A DNA stretch of 64,000 nt from an uncultured bacterium. GTDB taxonomy: Bacteria; Krumholzibacteriota; Krumholzibacteriia; Krumholzibacteriales; Krumholzibacteriaceae. This document shows positions 9,431 to 26,622 of this stretch, in pieces. Numbering within the stretch: the first letter of the stretch is position 1; every line of letters starts with the position of its first letter. Location of the stretch: the NCBI GenBank assembly GCA_963786935.1, contig CAWBAN010000002.1:160001-224000 (forward strand), written 5' to 3'. Made by a program: the position numbers and the translations under genes. The notes below the pieces were generated by a model that saw nothing but the letters and a program-made list of their open reading frames with translations, was not told the origin of the DNA and ran no database searches.

Positions 9431-10453
9431 CTAGAACTTCCCCTCCCGAACTTGAGCTCTCGAGCGCCTGTCGCCGAGGCGGACGACCCGCTCCCGGTGG
9501 ACGGGCTCGTTCTCCGGCACGGGCGTCTCGCGCTTTTCGCGGCCGAGCCGGATCACGCTCTTCAATTGCTTCAGAATATCGGAGCCATCGAGCGCCTCGG
9601 CCCCCTCGGCGTAGAAGTCGAACCACGGGAGCCCCGCGCTCGTGTAGCTCTGGGCCGTCGGCGGCACGGTCGGCGGCGCCTCTCCCGTGATCGCGCGCCA
9701 GACGAGGGAGTTCGCGATGTGCACGAAGCACCGGCTCGAGCGCGAGCGGTCCCAATCCTCGAAGTCGAAACGGTCCTCGTAGATCTCCTGCCGCATGCGG
9801 CCGCCCGGAGCGAGCCCCATGTCCGGGCTCGACCCATTGGGCATGCAAATCGACCGGCATATCTCAAGATCCTGGAGCTCCCGCTTCGGGAACCGCCGCT
9901 CGAAGACCTCGCGCTTCATCGGATAGGCGATGATCTGGAGCCCGCCGAACTCCGCCGCGCCCGTGATCTGCTCCTCGGCGGTGTAGCCGCGGCCGAGCGG
10001 CATCGCGACGAACTGCCGGATGATGCCCTTCTCGACGCAGAAACCGTCGAGCCACGGCTGCCCGGGGACGACGACGTAGTCCTGCGGCACGCCGTGAAGG
10101 CCGTTCGTCCACTGCTCGCCGCTCACGGCGTCGATCTTGCCCGCTGCGATCTTGACGGCGAAGGGATACGGCGCGCCGTGCCCGGGAACGTACGACGAGC
10201 TGAAGTTCAGCCACATCGCCTCGGCCTGATGCATCGGGAGCATCACGCCGCCATGCTCGAGCCACTGCGCCGGCACGCCGCCGGCGAAATCGTCGACGTG
10301 CTTCAGCGGAAAGCTCCCGAGGCCGGGCGGCAGGAAGTGGTCCTTCCCGTCGTCGGGGATGCGGAGCGTGCGCTCGAACTCGATCTCGAGCCGCGCGTCC
10401 GGATGCACCTCCGGAAACGAAAAGACGAGCGTGTTGTGCTTGAGCTCTATCAT
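9431..10453 (-). CDS. Conserved hypothetical protein, 340 aa
   Basis: Protein-like composition (FERTLRIPDDG, QDYVVVPGQPWLDG, MGLAPGG, YTSAGLPWF). AAGGAGG SD 17 bp downstream of the XRE gene. Confidence 0.8.
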   Translation of the reverse strand: MIELKHNTLVFSFPEVHPDARLEIEFERTLRIPDDGKDHFLPPGLGSFPLKHVDDFAGGVPAQWLEHGGVMLPMHQAEAMWLNFSSSYVPGHGAPYPFAVKIAAGKIDAVSGEQWTNGLHGVPQDYVVVPGQPWLDGFCVEKGIIRQFVAMPLGRGYTAEEQITGAAEFGGLQIIAYPMKREVFERRFPKRELQDLEICRSICMPNGSSPDMGLAPGGRMRQEIYEDRFDFEDWDRSRSSRCFVHIANSLVWRAITGEAPPTVPPTAQSYTSAGLPWFDFYAEGAEALDGSDILKQLKSVIRLGREKRETPVPENEPVHRERVVRLGDRRSRAQVREGKF

Positions 10454-10469
10454 CGTACTCCTCCTTGGT

Positions 10470-10826
10470 TCACCATTTGCCGTCGCGCACCTCGCGCACG
10501 AGGCGAAGCATCGCGTGATCCGGCATGTCTTTCATCTCGCGAATGAGCTCGGCGAAGAGCTTCGGCCGCTGCCGAATCACCTTCTGCAGGTCGCTCGAGA
10601 CCTTCCCCGCCAGCGCGAGGAGGACGTCCGTATCCTCGCCGAGCGCTTCCGCAAGAAGCGCTATCTTTGACTCGGAGGGGGGCGGCTGTTCGCCGCGCTC
10701 GACCTTGCTGAGGAAGGACGGCTCGACGCCGATCTTCATCGCGATCTTTCGAAGGGAGAATTCCGGGTTGCCCTCCCGCAGCTTCTCCCGCCGCTGCCGA
10801 ATGTATTCACCGAAATGATTCATCAT
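10470..10826 (-). CDS. XRE-family helix-turn-helix regulator
   Basis: FGEYIRQRR...SLRKIAMKIGVEPSFLSKVERG is an HTH_3-like segment. Confidence 0.85.
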   Translation of the reverse strand: MMNHFGEYIRQRREKLREGNPEFSLRKIAMKIGVEPSFLSKVERGEQPPPSESKIALLAEALGEDTDVLLALAGKVSSDLQKVIRQRPKLFAELIREMKDMPDHAMLRLVREVRDGKW

Positions 10827-10832
10827 GTGTGT

Positions 10833-10862
10833 ATTATATACTACACAGTACACGTTTGTCAA
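10833..10862 (-). promoter_or_regulatory. Consensus sigma70 promoter giving a leaderless transcript, with a candidate operator in the spacer
   Basis: Minus strand TTGACA-N18-TATAAT-N6-ATG. The spacer contains the inverted repeat TACT-GTGT-AGTA. Confidence 0.75.
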
Positions 10863-10985
10863 GGGGGCGCCGGCCGAATCTTCCTAATGCATTATAATTC
10901 AATAGAATAAAATTGAAATTGCGCGCGGGAGGCGGCGGGTTTAATCTCGGCTGAGGATCAAAACCGACAAGAAAAGGAGAGAGCC

Positions 10986-11705
10986 ATGCAGCCATATCCG
11001 AAGAAGCTCATCGAGACCGCCGGGATCGGGATCCCGCTCATCGGATTCTACGACGCGCCGGACCCCGCGCCCTTCGAGCCGCTCGTCGAGCCGAAGCCGG
11101 GGGCGCGCGCCTGCGTGTTTGGATTCTACAAGAGCTGGCTCAAAGGCGAGACGCTCCGCGTCACGAAGGACAACTTCGGCTGCGGCGGCGCGGGACGCGC
11201 ATGGTGCGGCGTCGAGGCGCGCTCGCGAGAGGAGTTCATTCGTTTTCTCGTCGACGAGGAGGGGCTCAAAGCCTCGCACGATCTCATGAACCGCTGGATC
11301 GATTCGAGCGCACCGTACCGGCGGACTCACGCGAACATTCTCGTCGGCCCGCTGAAGGAATCGCAGTACGAGTATCTCAGGACGGTGACCTTCTTCGTGA
11401 ATCCCGACCAGCTCGGCCTCATGACCCTCGGCGCGCAGTATCACAGCGCGCCGGAGGATCCGCCGCCGGTGATTTCCCCCTTCGGATCCAGCTGCATGCA
11501 GATGGTCGGCGTCTTCAAGGATCTCGATGCGCCGCAGGCGGCGATCGGCTCCACCGACGTCGCGAGCCGCGAGTATCTCCCGCCCGACACGCTCGCCTTC
11601 ACCGTGACGAAACCGATGTTCGAGCGGCTCGCCACGCTCGACGACCGGAGCTTCCTCACCAAGCCCTTTTGGAAGAAGCTGATGAAGGCGCGCTCGCGCG
11701 GCTGA
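10986..11705 (+). CDS. DUF169-like protein
   Basis: AAGGAG SD; Cys pattern (RACV, FGCGGA, FGSSC); VTFFVNPDQL; C-terminal SFLTKPFW. Confidence 0.65.
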   Translation: MQPYPKKLIETAGIGIPLIGFYDAPDPAPFEPLVEPKPGARACVFGFYKSWLKGETLRVTKDNFGCGGAGRAWCGVEARSREEFIRFLVDEEGLKASHDLMNRWIDSSAPYRRTHANILVGPLKESQYEYLRTVTFFVNPDQLGLMTLGAQYHSAPEDPPPVISPFGSSCMQMVGVFKDLDAPQAAIGSTDVASREYLPPDTLAFTVTKPMFERLATLDDRSFLTKPFWKKLMKARSRG

Positions 11706-11724
11706 GGAGGGCGCGGGGCAAATG

Positions 11725-11753
11725 AAAAAGCCCCCCGTCGCGGGACGGGGGGC
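11725..11753 (-). terminator. Rho-independent terminator of ald
   Basis: Minus strand GCCCCCCGTC-loop-GACGGGGGGC followed by TTTTT. Confidence 0.7.
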
Positions 11754-11791
11754 CGGTCGTTTGCTTCGTCGCCGGGCGTCGCGAGCGATGC

Positions 11792-12910
11792 TTACCGCTT
11801 CGGCAGCACGCTCTCGAGCGGCGTGTATCTCAGCTTGAACGCCTTCGCGACGGCCTCGTCGGTGACGACGCCCTTCAGCATGTTGATGCCGGTCCAGATC
11901 GTCCGGTTCGCGCGCGCGGCCTTCACGTATCCCTTGTCCGCGATCTCGATCGCGTAGGGGAGCGTGGCGTTCGTGAGCGCCATCGTGGAGGTCCGGCACA
12001 CCGCGCCCGGCATGTTGGCGACGCCGTAGTGCACGACGCCGTCGACGAAGTAGATCGGATCGGTGTGGTACGTGGCGTGGATCGTCTCGATGCAGCCGCC
12101 CTGGTCCACCGCGACGTCGACGATCACGGAGCCCTTCTTCATGAGCTTGAGCATCGGCCTCGTGACGAGACGCGGCGCCTTGGCTCCGGGGATGAGAACC
12201 GCGCCGACGAGGAGGTCGGCCTGCGCGAGCATCTTGCGGATGTTCGCCGGGTTCGACATGAGGACGGTGACGTTCGCCGGAAGGACGTCGGAAAGGTAGC
12301 GGAGCCGATCGAGGTTGATGTCGAGGATGGTGACCTTCGCGCCCATGCCGGCCGCCATCTTCGCCGCGTGCGTGCCGACGATGCCGCCGCCGAGGATGAC
12401 CACGTGCGCGGGCTCGACGCCGGGCACGCCGCCGAGGAGAACGCCCATGCCGCCCATCGGGCGCTCGAGGTACTTGGCGCCTTCCTGGATCGCCATGCGG
12501 CCGGCGACCTCGCTCATGGGGATGAGGAGCGGGAGCGAGCCGTCCTTGTCCATCGTCTCGTAGGCGACGGCGACGGCGCCGGTCTTGAGCATGCCCATCG
12601 TGAGGGGCTTGCTCGATGCGAAATGGAAGTACGTGAACACGATCTGATCCTTGCGGATCATCTTGATCTCGACCTGCTGCGGCTCCTTCACCTTGATGAT
12701 CATGTCCGACTTGCGGAAAATCTGCTTCGCCGACGGGATAATCGTGGCGCCCGCCGCGCGGTATTCCGCATCCGGGAAGCCGCTCCCGACGCCCGCGCCC
12801 TTCTCGACGAGCACCTTGTGCCCGTGCTTGCGCAGGGTCTCGGCCCCCACCGGGAGAAGGCTGACCCGGTATTCAGCTTTCTTGATCTCTTTCGGCACGC
12901 CGATAATCAT
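11792..12910 (-). CDS. ald: Alanine dehydrogenase
   Basis: [38 protein letters not shown] and [10 protein letters not shown] motifs. Confidence 0.96.
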   Translation of the reverse strand: MIIGVPKEIKKAEYRVSLLPVGAETLRKHGHKVLVEKGAGVGSGFPDAEYRAAGATIIPSAKQIFRKSDMIIKVKEPQQVEIKMIRKDQIVFTYFHFASSKPLTMGMLKTGAVAVAYETMDKDGSLPLLIPMSEVAGRMAIQEGAKYLERPMGGMGVLLGGVPGVEPAHVVILGGGIVGTHAAKMAAGMGAKVTILDINLDRLRYLSDVLPANVTVLMSNPANIRKMLAQADLLVGAVLIPGAKAPRLVTRPMLKLMKKGSVIVDVAVDQGGCIETIHATYHTDPIYFVDGVVHYGVANMPGAVCRTSTMALTNATLPYAIEIADKGYVKAARANRTIWTGINMLKGVVTDEAVAKAFKLRYTPLESVLPKR

Positions 12911-13006
12911 CGAACCACCTCTGGCTTTAAAAGTTACGAACCTCGAACCGATTGAAAATCCAAAATTAGTCAATAATATAGCCGAATTCCCGCCATTTTC
13001 AAATGA

Positions 13007-14524
<1,518 letters not shown>

Positions 14525-14604
14525 CGCTCCTGACGCGGGCGGCGGGCCTCCGGGCCCGGCCGCACGGGCGGCGGCGCTCGAGGCCGCCGGCCGCGAGAGA
14601 CGAC

Positions 14605-14635
14605 GGGCCCTCCCCCTCGGGAGGGCCCTTTTTTT
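14605..14635 (+). terminator. Rho-independent terminator
   Basis: GGGCCCTCC/GGAGGGCCC stem followed by T7. Confidence 0.8.
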
Positions 14636-14692
14636 CCTCCCCGGCAGATAAATTTCATGGCGGTTTTCGGGTTCGATTATTAGTATGTCCCC

Positions 14693-15622
14693 ATGTACAA
14701 CATCTTCCGGGCGAATCATGACGGGCTCATCATCACCGACGAGCTCGCGAAAGACTGCTGGGTCCGCGTATCGAGCCCGACGCCCGCGGAGTGCGAGTTC
14801 CTGAGCAGGCAGCTCGGCATCCCGATCGCCTTCATCACCGATCCGCTCGACGTGGACGAGCGCGCGCGAATCGAGATCGACGAAGGGGTCACCCTCGTCA
14901 TCGTGCGCATTCCCTACTTCGATCCGGAGAACGAGGAGATTCCCTACAAGACGCTCCCGCTCGGCGTCATATTCACCGACGAGTGCATCCTCACCGTGAG
15001 CTCGAAAATCGACGGGGGATATCTGGATTTCGTGATCGGACGGGTGAAGGGCTTTTCCATCGAGCACCGGGGACGCTTCCTCCTGCAGGTATTCTCCAAG
15101 ACGGCGCTCCTCTATCTGAACTACCTCAAGGATATCAACAAGCGCACGGACATCATCGAGGGGGAGCTCCACAAGTCGATGCGGAACGTGGAGCTCATCA
15201 AGCTGCTCAACATCGAGAAGAGCCTCGTCTTCTTCGCGACGAGCCTGCGCTCGAACGAGTTCATGATGGAGCGGCTGCAGAAAACCGGCATCCGGATGAC
15301 GGAGGACGACAAGGAACTGCTCGACGACGTCATCATCGAGAACAAGCAGGCCATCGAAATGGCGAACATCTACAGCAACATCCTGAGCGGAATGATGGAC
15401 GCCTTCGCCTCGGTCATCAACAACAACCTCACCCTCGTGATGAAGCTCCTCACTTCCGTGACGATCATCCTCATGATCCCCACGTTCGTGTCGAGCACCT
15501 TCGGCATGAACGTGCCGCTCCCGTTCCAGAACTCGCCGCACGCGTTCCTCATCGTGACCGGGATCTCGCTCATGCTCTCGCTCATCGGCGTGGCCATTTT
15601 CTGGAAGAGGAGATGGTTCTGA
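14693..15622 (+). CDS. corA: CorA-family Mg2+ transporter
   Basis: GMN motif (FGMNV), two C-terminal TM helices, IIENKQAIEMA. TAGTAT-N6-ATG suggests a leaderless start. Confidence 0.88.
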   Translation: MYNIFRANHDGLIITDELAKDCWVRVSSPTPAECEFLSRQLGIPIAFITDPLDVDERARIEIDEGVTLVIVRIPYFDPENEEIPYKTLPLGVIFTDECILTVSSKIDGGYLDFVIGRVKGFSIEHRGRFLLQVFSKTALLYLNYLKDINKRTDIIEGELHKSMRNVELIKLLNIEKSLVFFATSLRSNEFMMERLQKTGIRMTEDDKELLDDVIIENKQAIEMANIYSNILSGMMDAFASVINNNLTLVMKLLTSVTIILMIPTFVSSTFGMNVPLPFQNSPHAFLIVTGISLMLSLIGVAIFWKRRWF

Positions 15623-15629
15623 GGGCGGA

Positions 15630-20152
<4,523 letters not shown>

Positions 20153-20162
20153 CGAGAGAGCC

Positions 20163-21749
20163 CTACCCCCTGTAGATGCGGTAATCGACGTCGGGGAAGA
20201 TGTTGTCCCGGTGCTCGACCTCCTTGAGCCACTGGTCGTTGACGCGGGCGTTCATGATGTCGTGGTAGAGGCGGTCGAAGCGGGCGACGTGGTCCTTCGT
20301 CCGCTTGTGCGCGTACTCGACCATCGTGCCGGTCTTCATGATGAACGCCCAGTCGCTCCCCTGCGCGAGGAGCAGCTCGCGCGCCGCCTGATTGAGCGCC
20401 CGCCTCGTGATGCCGTCGGCGTCGGGGAAGCGATCGGCGAGGATGACCATGCGGTCCGCCATTATGTGCAGGTGGGGGTAGATCCAGTCGTTGTCGCCGT
20501 TGAGCCACACCTCGCTGTAGCCCTTGTAGCCCCACGAGGACATCGAGGGAGCGACGACCTGGAGCTTGGGATGCCGCTCGAGATATTCCCACGGCGTGAT
20601 CATCTTGATCGTCTTCTGGTCGAAATGGATCTTGCGAATGAGGAACTCGACCCACTCGGGCCCCTCGTACCACCAGTGGCCGAAGAGCTCGGCGTCGTAC
20701 GGCGAGACGATGATCGGCTTGATCTTGAGGAAATCGTGCAGCCATTGGATCTGCTTCTCGCGGTTGAACATGAAGTTCCCCGCGTGGGCGGCGGCCTTCT
20801 CGCGGGCGATCGACGGCTTGTAGGGCTCCTTGTGCTCCGTCTCCCCCGTGATCCGGTAATACTTGATCCCGAGGTTGACGCGGTTGCCGTCCGAATGGAG
20901 GTAGGGGCGGACGTAGTCGTAATCGAGGTCGAAGCCGACGTCGCGGTAGAACTCGCGGTAGTCGTAATCCCCCGGGTATCCCTGCTTCGCGCTCCAGACC
21001 TGCTTCGACGACTCCATGTCTCGCCCGAACGCCGCGACGGCGGCCGGGGTGTAGACGGGGGCGAAGACGCCGTAGCGCGGCCGGGGCGTTCCGAAGAGAA
21101 TCCCGTGCGTGTCGGTGAAGAAGAACTTGATCCCCGCGTCTTTGAGCAGCTCGTCGACCCCCGGCGCGTAGCCGCACTCGGGGAGCCAGATGCCGCGCGG
21201 CCGGCGCCCGAAATGCTTTTCGTAATGCGCGCAGGCGATCTCTATCTGGGCGCGCGCGGCCCGGCGGTTGTGCATGAGGGGGAGATAGCCGTGCGTCGCC
21301 CCGCAGGTGATGATCTCGATCTTGCCGAGATCCTGGAAGCGCTTGAACGCCTGGATGACGTTGTTGTAGTAGCGCTCGGAGAAGATTTGCCGCGCCCGCG
21401 TGAGCTTCCAGAAATACATGAGAGCGAGCTCGTGGAAGTCGGGAGTCCAGCGGGTGCGCTCGATCTCCTTGCCCGCGAGGTCGATGAGCTTGTTGAGGTG
21501 CCGCAGGTAGCGGTACTGAAGGAGCGGATCGCTCATCATCGAGAGGAGCGTCGGCGTCAGCGACATCGTGAGCCGGAAATCGACGCCGTCCTCGATGAGG
21601 CGGTCGAAGACCTCGATGAACGGGATGTAAGTCTCGGTGAGCGCCTCGAAATACCAGTCCTCTTCGAGGAACTCCTCATACTCCGGGTGCCGCACGAACG
21701 GGAGGTGCGCGTGGAGAACGAGCGCCAGGTACCCTTTTTCCTCGCTCAT
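20163..21749 (-). CDS. GH57 1,4-alpha-glucan branching enzyme (DUF1957)
   Basis: LHAHLP, ATHGYLP, WLPEC, DAELFGHWW and SDWAF motifs. Confidence 0.92.
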   Translation of the reverse strand: MSEEKGYLALVLHAHLPFVRHPEYEEFLEEDWYFEALTETYIPFIEVFDRLIEDGVDFRLTMSLTPTLLSMMSDPLLQYRYLRHLNKLIDLAGKEIERTRWTPDFHELALMYFWKLTRARQIFSERYYNNVIQAFKRFQDLGKIEIITCGATHGYLPLMHNRRAARAQIEIACAHYEKHFGRRPRGIWLPECGYAPGVDELLKDAGIKFFFTDTHGILFGTPRPRYGVFAPVYTPAAVAAFGRDMESSKQVWSAKQGYPGDYDYREFYRDVGFDLDYDYVRPYLHSDGNRVNLGIKYYRITGETEHKEPYKPSIAREKAAAHAGNFMFNREKQIQWLHDFLKIKPIIVSPYDAELFGHWWYEGPEWVEFLIRKIHFDQKTIKMITPWEYLERHPKLQVVAPSMSSWGYKGYSEVWLNGDNDWIYPHLHIMADRMVILADRFPDADGITRRALNQAARELLLAQGSDWAFIMKTGTMVEYAHKRTKDHVARFDRLYHDIMNARVNDQWLKEVEHRDNIFPDVDYRIYRG

Positions 21750-23095
21750 TTAATCACGGGCTCTTTCTTCCGGGACTTCTTCGTGACGTCCGTCTCGATC
21801 GTCCGTTTCTCGACGCCGTCGCCGGACGCGGCGGTCACGGGGAGATCGATCTTCCCGTCGGGAAGGGCGAACCGAAGGGAGAAGGTCCCATCGGGACGGA
21901 GCTTGACTTCCTTCCCCTGCACGGTCACGCGCGCGTCGGGCTCGGTGCCGCCGTAGAGGATGAGCTCGGTCGCCACCCAGAGGCGGAACGCGCGGCCTTT
22001 CGCTTCCTTATAGAGCGCGCCGCTGCCGAAGCTCGTCACCGCGCCGGAGCTGAGCTCCTCGAGGAGGTGTTTCTCGAGAAGGGCCTTGAGCTCTCCCGAG
22101 GCGGAATGCATGTCGTAGCCCCCCGAGGCGGCGAATATCTTGTCGAACACGTCGTCGGGCACCATCCATTTTTCGTCGATCCGGTCGCTCACGCGGTCGG
22201 AGGGGGTCTCGACGACGTTCGAGATCGCGACGAGCTCGAAACGCCCGTCGGGGGAGAGGGCCCCGATCGCGATCTGGTAGCGTCCCAGCGCGGAGACGTT
22301 GATGTACCACGTGCGCGCTTCGCGGGTGAGCACGATGTCGAAATGGCGCTCGTCCGCGGCGGCGCGGTCATAGACGCGCAGGATCATCTTGCACGACGGC
22401 CAGACGGGCCCGAAGGCGCGCTCCAGCTCGCGGTACTTGTGATCGGTGACCTCCCAGTACGCGAAGATCCAGTGGGGGTCGCGGGCCATCGCGACGATGC
22501 GGTCCACGTTGTAGCCCCTCGGAATCTCGATCGCCTCGACCGGAGGCATCACGCGCTGCTCGGCGCCGAGGTAGAATTTTCCTTCCTCGGCCGCCTGCCT
22601 GATCGGCTCGGTGGGGGCCTTCGCCGGCTCCGCGCCCTTGCGGGCCGCGGGCTTTTTCGTCGGGAGCTTCGCGGCCTTGACGCGCGTCTTCGGCGCTTTC
22701 GCCGGGGCGGGCGGCGCTGAGGGCTTCGCCGCCTTCGGCGTGACGACCGGCGTGGCGGGTTTTGCCGCGGGGACGGGCGGCGCAGGGCGTGCCGCCGTCA
22801 TCTTTGGCGACGAGACCTTTGCCGCCGGCGCCGCGATTTTCGGCGCCGCGGCCTTCGCCTCGGGCCGCGCCGCGACTTCCATTTTCTTGCTCGGTGCTTT
22901 CTTTGCCGCGCGGGGCTTCGCCTTCACGCCCGCGATGAATTTCCGGGCCGCTTCCTTCGCGGCCTCGACCCTCTTCTCCGCGGCGGAGATCGTCTGCTTC
23001 TTCGGTTGCGCCTTCGCCTTCGCGGTGGCCGGCGCCGTATTCCGCTTCGCGGCGGGCTTCGCCGCTTTCCTCTTCTTGAGCTCTTTCGGAGTCAT
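21746..23095 (-). CDS. DUF4912-domain protein with a Lys/Ala/Pro-rich N-terminus
   Basis: RDPHWIFAYWE, SNVVETP and ELILYGGTEPDA motifs. ATGA overlap with the GH57 gene. Confidence 0.85.
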   Translation of the reverse strand: MTPKELKKRKAAKPAAKRNTAPATAKAKAQPKKQTISAAEKRVEAAKEAARKFIAGVKAKPRAAKKAPSKKMEVAARPEAKAAAPKIAAPAAKVSSPKMTAARPAPPVPAAKPATPVVTPKAAKPSAPPAPAKAPKTRVKAAKLPTKKPAARKGAEPAKAPTEPIRQAAEEGKFYLGAEQRVMPPVEAIEIPRGYNVDRIVAMARDPHWIFAYWEVTDHKYRELERAFGPVWPSCKMILRVYDRAAADERHFDIVLTREARTWYINVSALGRYQIAIGALSPDGRFELVAISNVVETPSDRVSDRIDEKWMVPDDVFDKIFAASGGYDMHSASGELKALLEKHLLEELSSGAVTSFGSGALYKEAKGRAFRLWVATELILYGGTEPDARVTVQGKEVKLRPDGTFSLRFALPDGKIDLPVTAASGDGVEKRTIETDVTKKSRKKEPVIK

Positions 23096-23225
23096 ATTGG
23101 ATCACCTTCCTGTCCAGCCGTCGACCGTGGACGGCAGCCGCCCTCATATGCAGGAAGGCATTATAATCAATTCGCGCGGAAAGCACCATCTATAAGTATC
23201 CTCCTATTCTTTATGGAATAAACGA

Positions 23226-23254
23226 TTTACACGAAAGCGGATTTATGCTAGAAT
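23226..23254 (+). promoter_or_regulatory. sigma70-type promoter, copy A
   Basis: TTTACA-N17-TAGAAT with an extended TG. Both hexamers are repeated at 29785-29813 while the spacer differs. Confidence 0.7.
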
Positions 23255-23260
23255 GCGGGC

Positions 23261-23489
23261 AGCGGTTGAGCTTGCGGTACATCGAAGAGTCTTGCGGATG
23301 AATCGTGGTCGGAAACCGCCATCTCCCACCCCCACTGGCGTCTTCCGTTACCCGAAAAGCGAGCTTGCGAATCGGCTGCGCCTTGCCGGAAAAGGGCGCG
23401 CTTCTGCCGTCTCTCTTTATATGGATACGCGCCGGAAAACCCGGCGAAATCGGCAGCATGTCCTTGGTGAGATGGGGGGTAAGGACATG
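23261..23489 (+). ncRNA. Candidate structured cis-regulatory 5' leader, copy A
   Basis: 48 nt (23318-23365) are identical to copy B. Substitutions in the CGGAA hairpin keep the pairing. CATGTCCTT/AAGGACATG stem covers the start codon. Confidence 0.55.
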
Positions 23490-26400
23490 AAAGCACTTTC
23501 GGCGATCCTCGCGATCGCAATCCTGGCGATATGTGTATTCTCGGCGGCGGGCGAAGCCCGTGACACGGCGAAGCCCGGCCTGCGGATGACGAGGCAAGAC
23601 CCGGAGGCTCAGCTGCCCGGGCTCGTCGATCCGGGGCTGCGCGGTCTCTACGAGGAGGCCGCGGTCGACACATACTGCCTCGTCTGGTACGACTTCGAGG
23701 TCGGCAACTGGCAGGGCTGGACGCGCGTCGACGAGACCTCCCAGCGGCGCATGTTCTTCCACGTCGACGACTTCGCCGGGCTCGGGGGCGGGGACTTCGG
23801 GGGGCTTGTGCCGCTCGAAGGAACGAAGTCGATGTGGTGCGGCGCGCGGCCAAGCCTGTCCGATCCTTACATGTGCTCGTGGGCGAACGCGCCCGGGTAC
23901 GGCAGCGGCTGGAGCCAGGACCTCACGACCTTGCCGATTTCGTTCGTTGGCGCGATCACCCTCTCCTACAAATGCCACTATGACTCGGAACCGGACTATG
24001 ACTTCACGAGGGTCCAGTACGGCCTCTATACCGACGAGCATGTCGCGGCCGAATACACGGGCCGGGGCGACACGACCGTGAGCCTATTCCTGACGGCCCC
24101 TCGTGCCAGAATGAAGATCCGCTTCCACTTCACGTCGGACGGCGCGTGGAACGATCAGGACGGTCTCTGGAACACCGACGGCGGCTTCATCGTCGACAGC
24201 ATCCGGGTCAGGGATATGGCCGCGATCGACAACTATCAGGACTTCGAGTCGGCTGCCGTGGGGGCGATCTATGCCGGTATTTGGATCGGCACACGCGCGG
24301 GCGAGTTCGGCAAGTACTCGGGGCTCAGATCCAACCTGATCGACAAGGATCCCTGCGGGGAGAATCTTTCCACCGCGGTGGTGTTCTTCGTCGGATCCCC
24401 CGTCCCGAGCACGAGCTACCCGGGTCTCTATGATACGCCGTTCTGTGCCGGCACGGGCGGCCGCGAAGCTCCGTGCCAGAACGAGCTCGTCGTCTCTCCC
24501 CTGATCGACACCAGGAGATACTCGACGCAGCGGAACAGCGTCCAGGACGGCGTCATACCTCCGGGAGAGCTGCCGTCGCTCGCGGGATACCTGTTTCGAT
24601 TCGCGGTGTATGAAGACAATCCGTTATCGAATCTCGTTATGTATTTTTGGTATGTGCGCAACATCGTAGGCGGATGTCCCGGGCAATGGGTCAACAGAAA
24701 CTTCATCTATTATTGCTGTAATGATCAGAGCTGGCTCCACAATGCGGGCGATTACGTGGGCGATCTCATCACGAGCGACACGGTGCAGGTCGCCCTCAAC
24801 GTCGTCGACATGTGCGACGTGTGGTACCTCGTGAACGGCAACTGCGCGAAGCACACGCCGGCGCCCTGGTTCGACAGCGTCCGCCTGTATCGGTACGGTA
24901 CTTCGGGGCCGCAATGGTCGGTTCGCGACATCGATCTCTTCCAGGACAACTTCCCGGGGCAGGAGTTCTCTCTGGAGAGCTACGTGCGCGCCGACGCCGC
25001 GAACGACATCAACACGAACGACGACCCGGTCCTCCGTCCGGGCGACTCGAACGTCGTTGACTGCGTCTCGCCCCTCGGCGGGGGCATAGCGGCCGATCCG
25101 GCCGGCGGCCCGGCCGTGTACATGCACGTGAAGTGCACTTACGTCGGGCCGACGCCGACGAAGCCGAATCTCTTCGGCCCTTCCCTTCAGGGCACCTATG
25201 GCTGGTACAAAAACGACGACGGCGCATGGACGGTCATCCGGGGAGATACGGCTCGCACGGCGGCCGGCATCGTCGCGAACAAATACATGTTCGACCTCAA
25301 CGATTCGCTCTTCACGAGAGGCTATCGCGTCGATTACTACTTCACGGCCCGCGACGTCGCGGGGGAGGAGCGCGCGCTGCCGAAGTGGGCCCGCTCACGG
25401 GAGCCGTACTTCGAATGGACGTGCCTCCCGACGAAAAACTCCGACGTCCTCTTCGTTGACGACTTCACGGGGCGCGGCTCCTTCGTCGGCTCGGTCGAAA
25501 ACTACTGGATGCCGGTGCTCGACGCCGTGCTTCCTTCGCCGAACAATAACGTGGACAAATACGACGTGAATGGCCCGACTTCCGGTGTCGCGAACGGGCC
25601 GGGAAGCCGTGCGAAGACCAAGCAGCTCGTCGATTGGTACCGCGCAATCGTCTGGGACGCCGGAGACCTCGAATCGATCACGATCTCCGACGGTTCGGTC
25701 AACAGCGACAAATCGAACGACTGCCAGATGCTTATCAACTGGTTCGAGCAGTCCGAGCACGTGTGCGGTCTCTGGGTCTGCGGCGACGATATCGCCTACG
25801 ATCTGGACGGCCTCGCCTCTACCCCTGCGCTCACCCTCATGAGCACCTGGTGCGGCGTCGACTTCATCTCGACGAGCTACTTCGATGATACCGGCGGACG
25901 AACGGGGGGCGGCATCGTCGTGCCCCTCATCACGGGGGAGGCCGATGCGGGCATCTTCGTGCACGGGGGCGTGCCCGACCAATTCTACGCGTACGGCGGC
26001 TGTTTCGTCATCAACCAGTTCGACGTGCTCGGAAAGGCGGCGAACGGGAAGTACGCCCTGAGCTATCCCGTGTACAACGCGACGAACCGTTATGCGGCGA
26101 TCGCATCCTCGACGCTGAATCCGAGCGGATACAGCGTGAACACGATGTGGTTCGGATTCAGCTTCCAGTACATTCGCGATGACATGAATGCCGTTCCGGC
26201 CGACCGTTTCGAGCTTGCGAAGGACGTGTTCGCCTGGATGCAGTACCCGGCGAACGTGTGCTGCTACACCGACGCGACCCCCCCTCCGCCTATGGGCTCG
26301 CGCAGAACTTCCCGAATCCCTTCAATCCATCGACGACGATTCGCTACGATATGAAGGAGAAGGGGCTCGTGACGGTGAGGATCTACGACGTGGCGGGGCA

Positions 26401-26563
26401 TCTCGTGCGCACGCTCGTGAACGAGACGAAAGACGCGGGCGCATACTCGGCGATCTGGGACGGCCGCAACAACATCGGCGCGGACACGGCGAGCGGGATC
26501 TATTTCTACAAGATGGAGACGAGCGCGTTCAGCGCGACGAAGAAGCTCGTGATGCTGAGATAG
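23487..26563 (+). pseudogene. Large secreted protein, paralog 1; FlgD-Ig/T9SS-like C-terminal domain is out of frame
   Basis: Signal peptide MKALSAILAI. The frame ends at 26354, while AYGLAQNFPNPFNP...KKLVMLR lies in another frame to 26563. The shift is at C7 (26278-26284). Confidence 0.75.
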
Positions 26564-26622
26564 ATACCGGCGGAATTCGGCGGCGATGGAACGCTGTTCC
26601 TAATACGATGGGGGGCAGAGAC

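Noticed and set aside
23261..23489. Leader as a known riboswitch (c-di-GMP, cobalamin, SAM, T-box)
   Set aside because: I could not find the hallmark motifs by eye. An Rfam scan is still needed.
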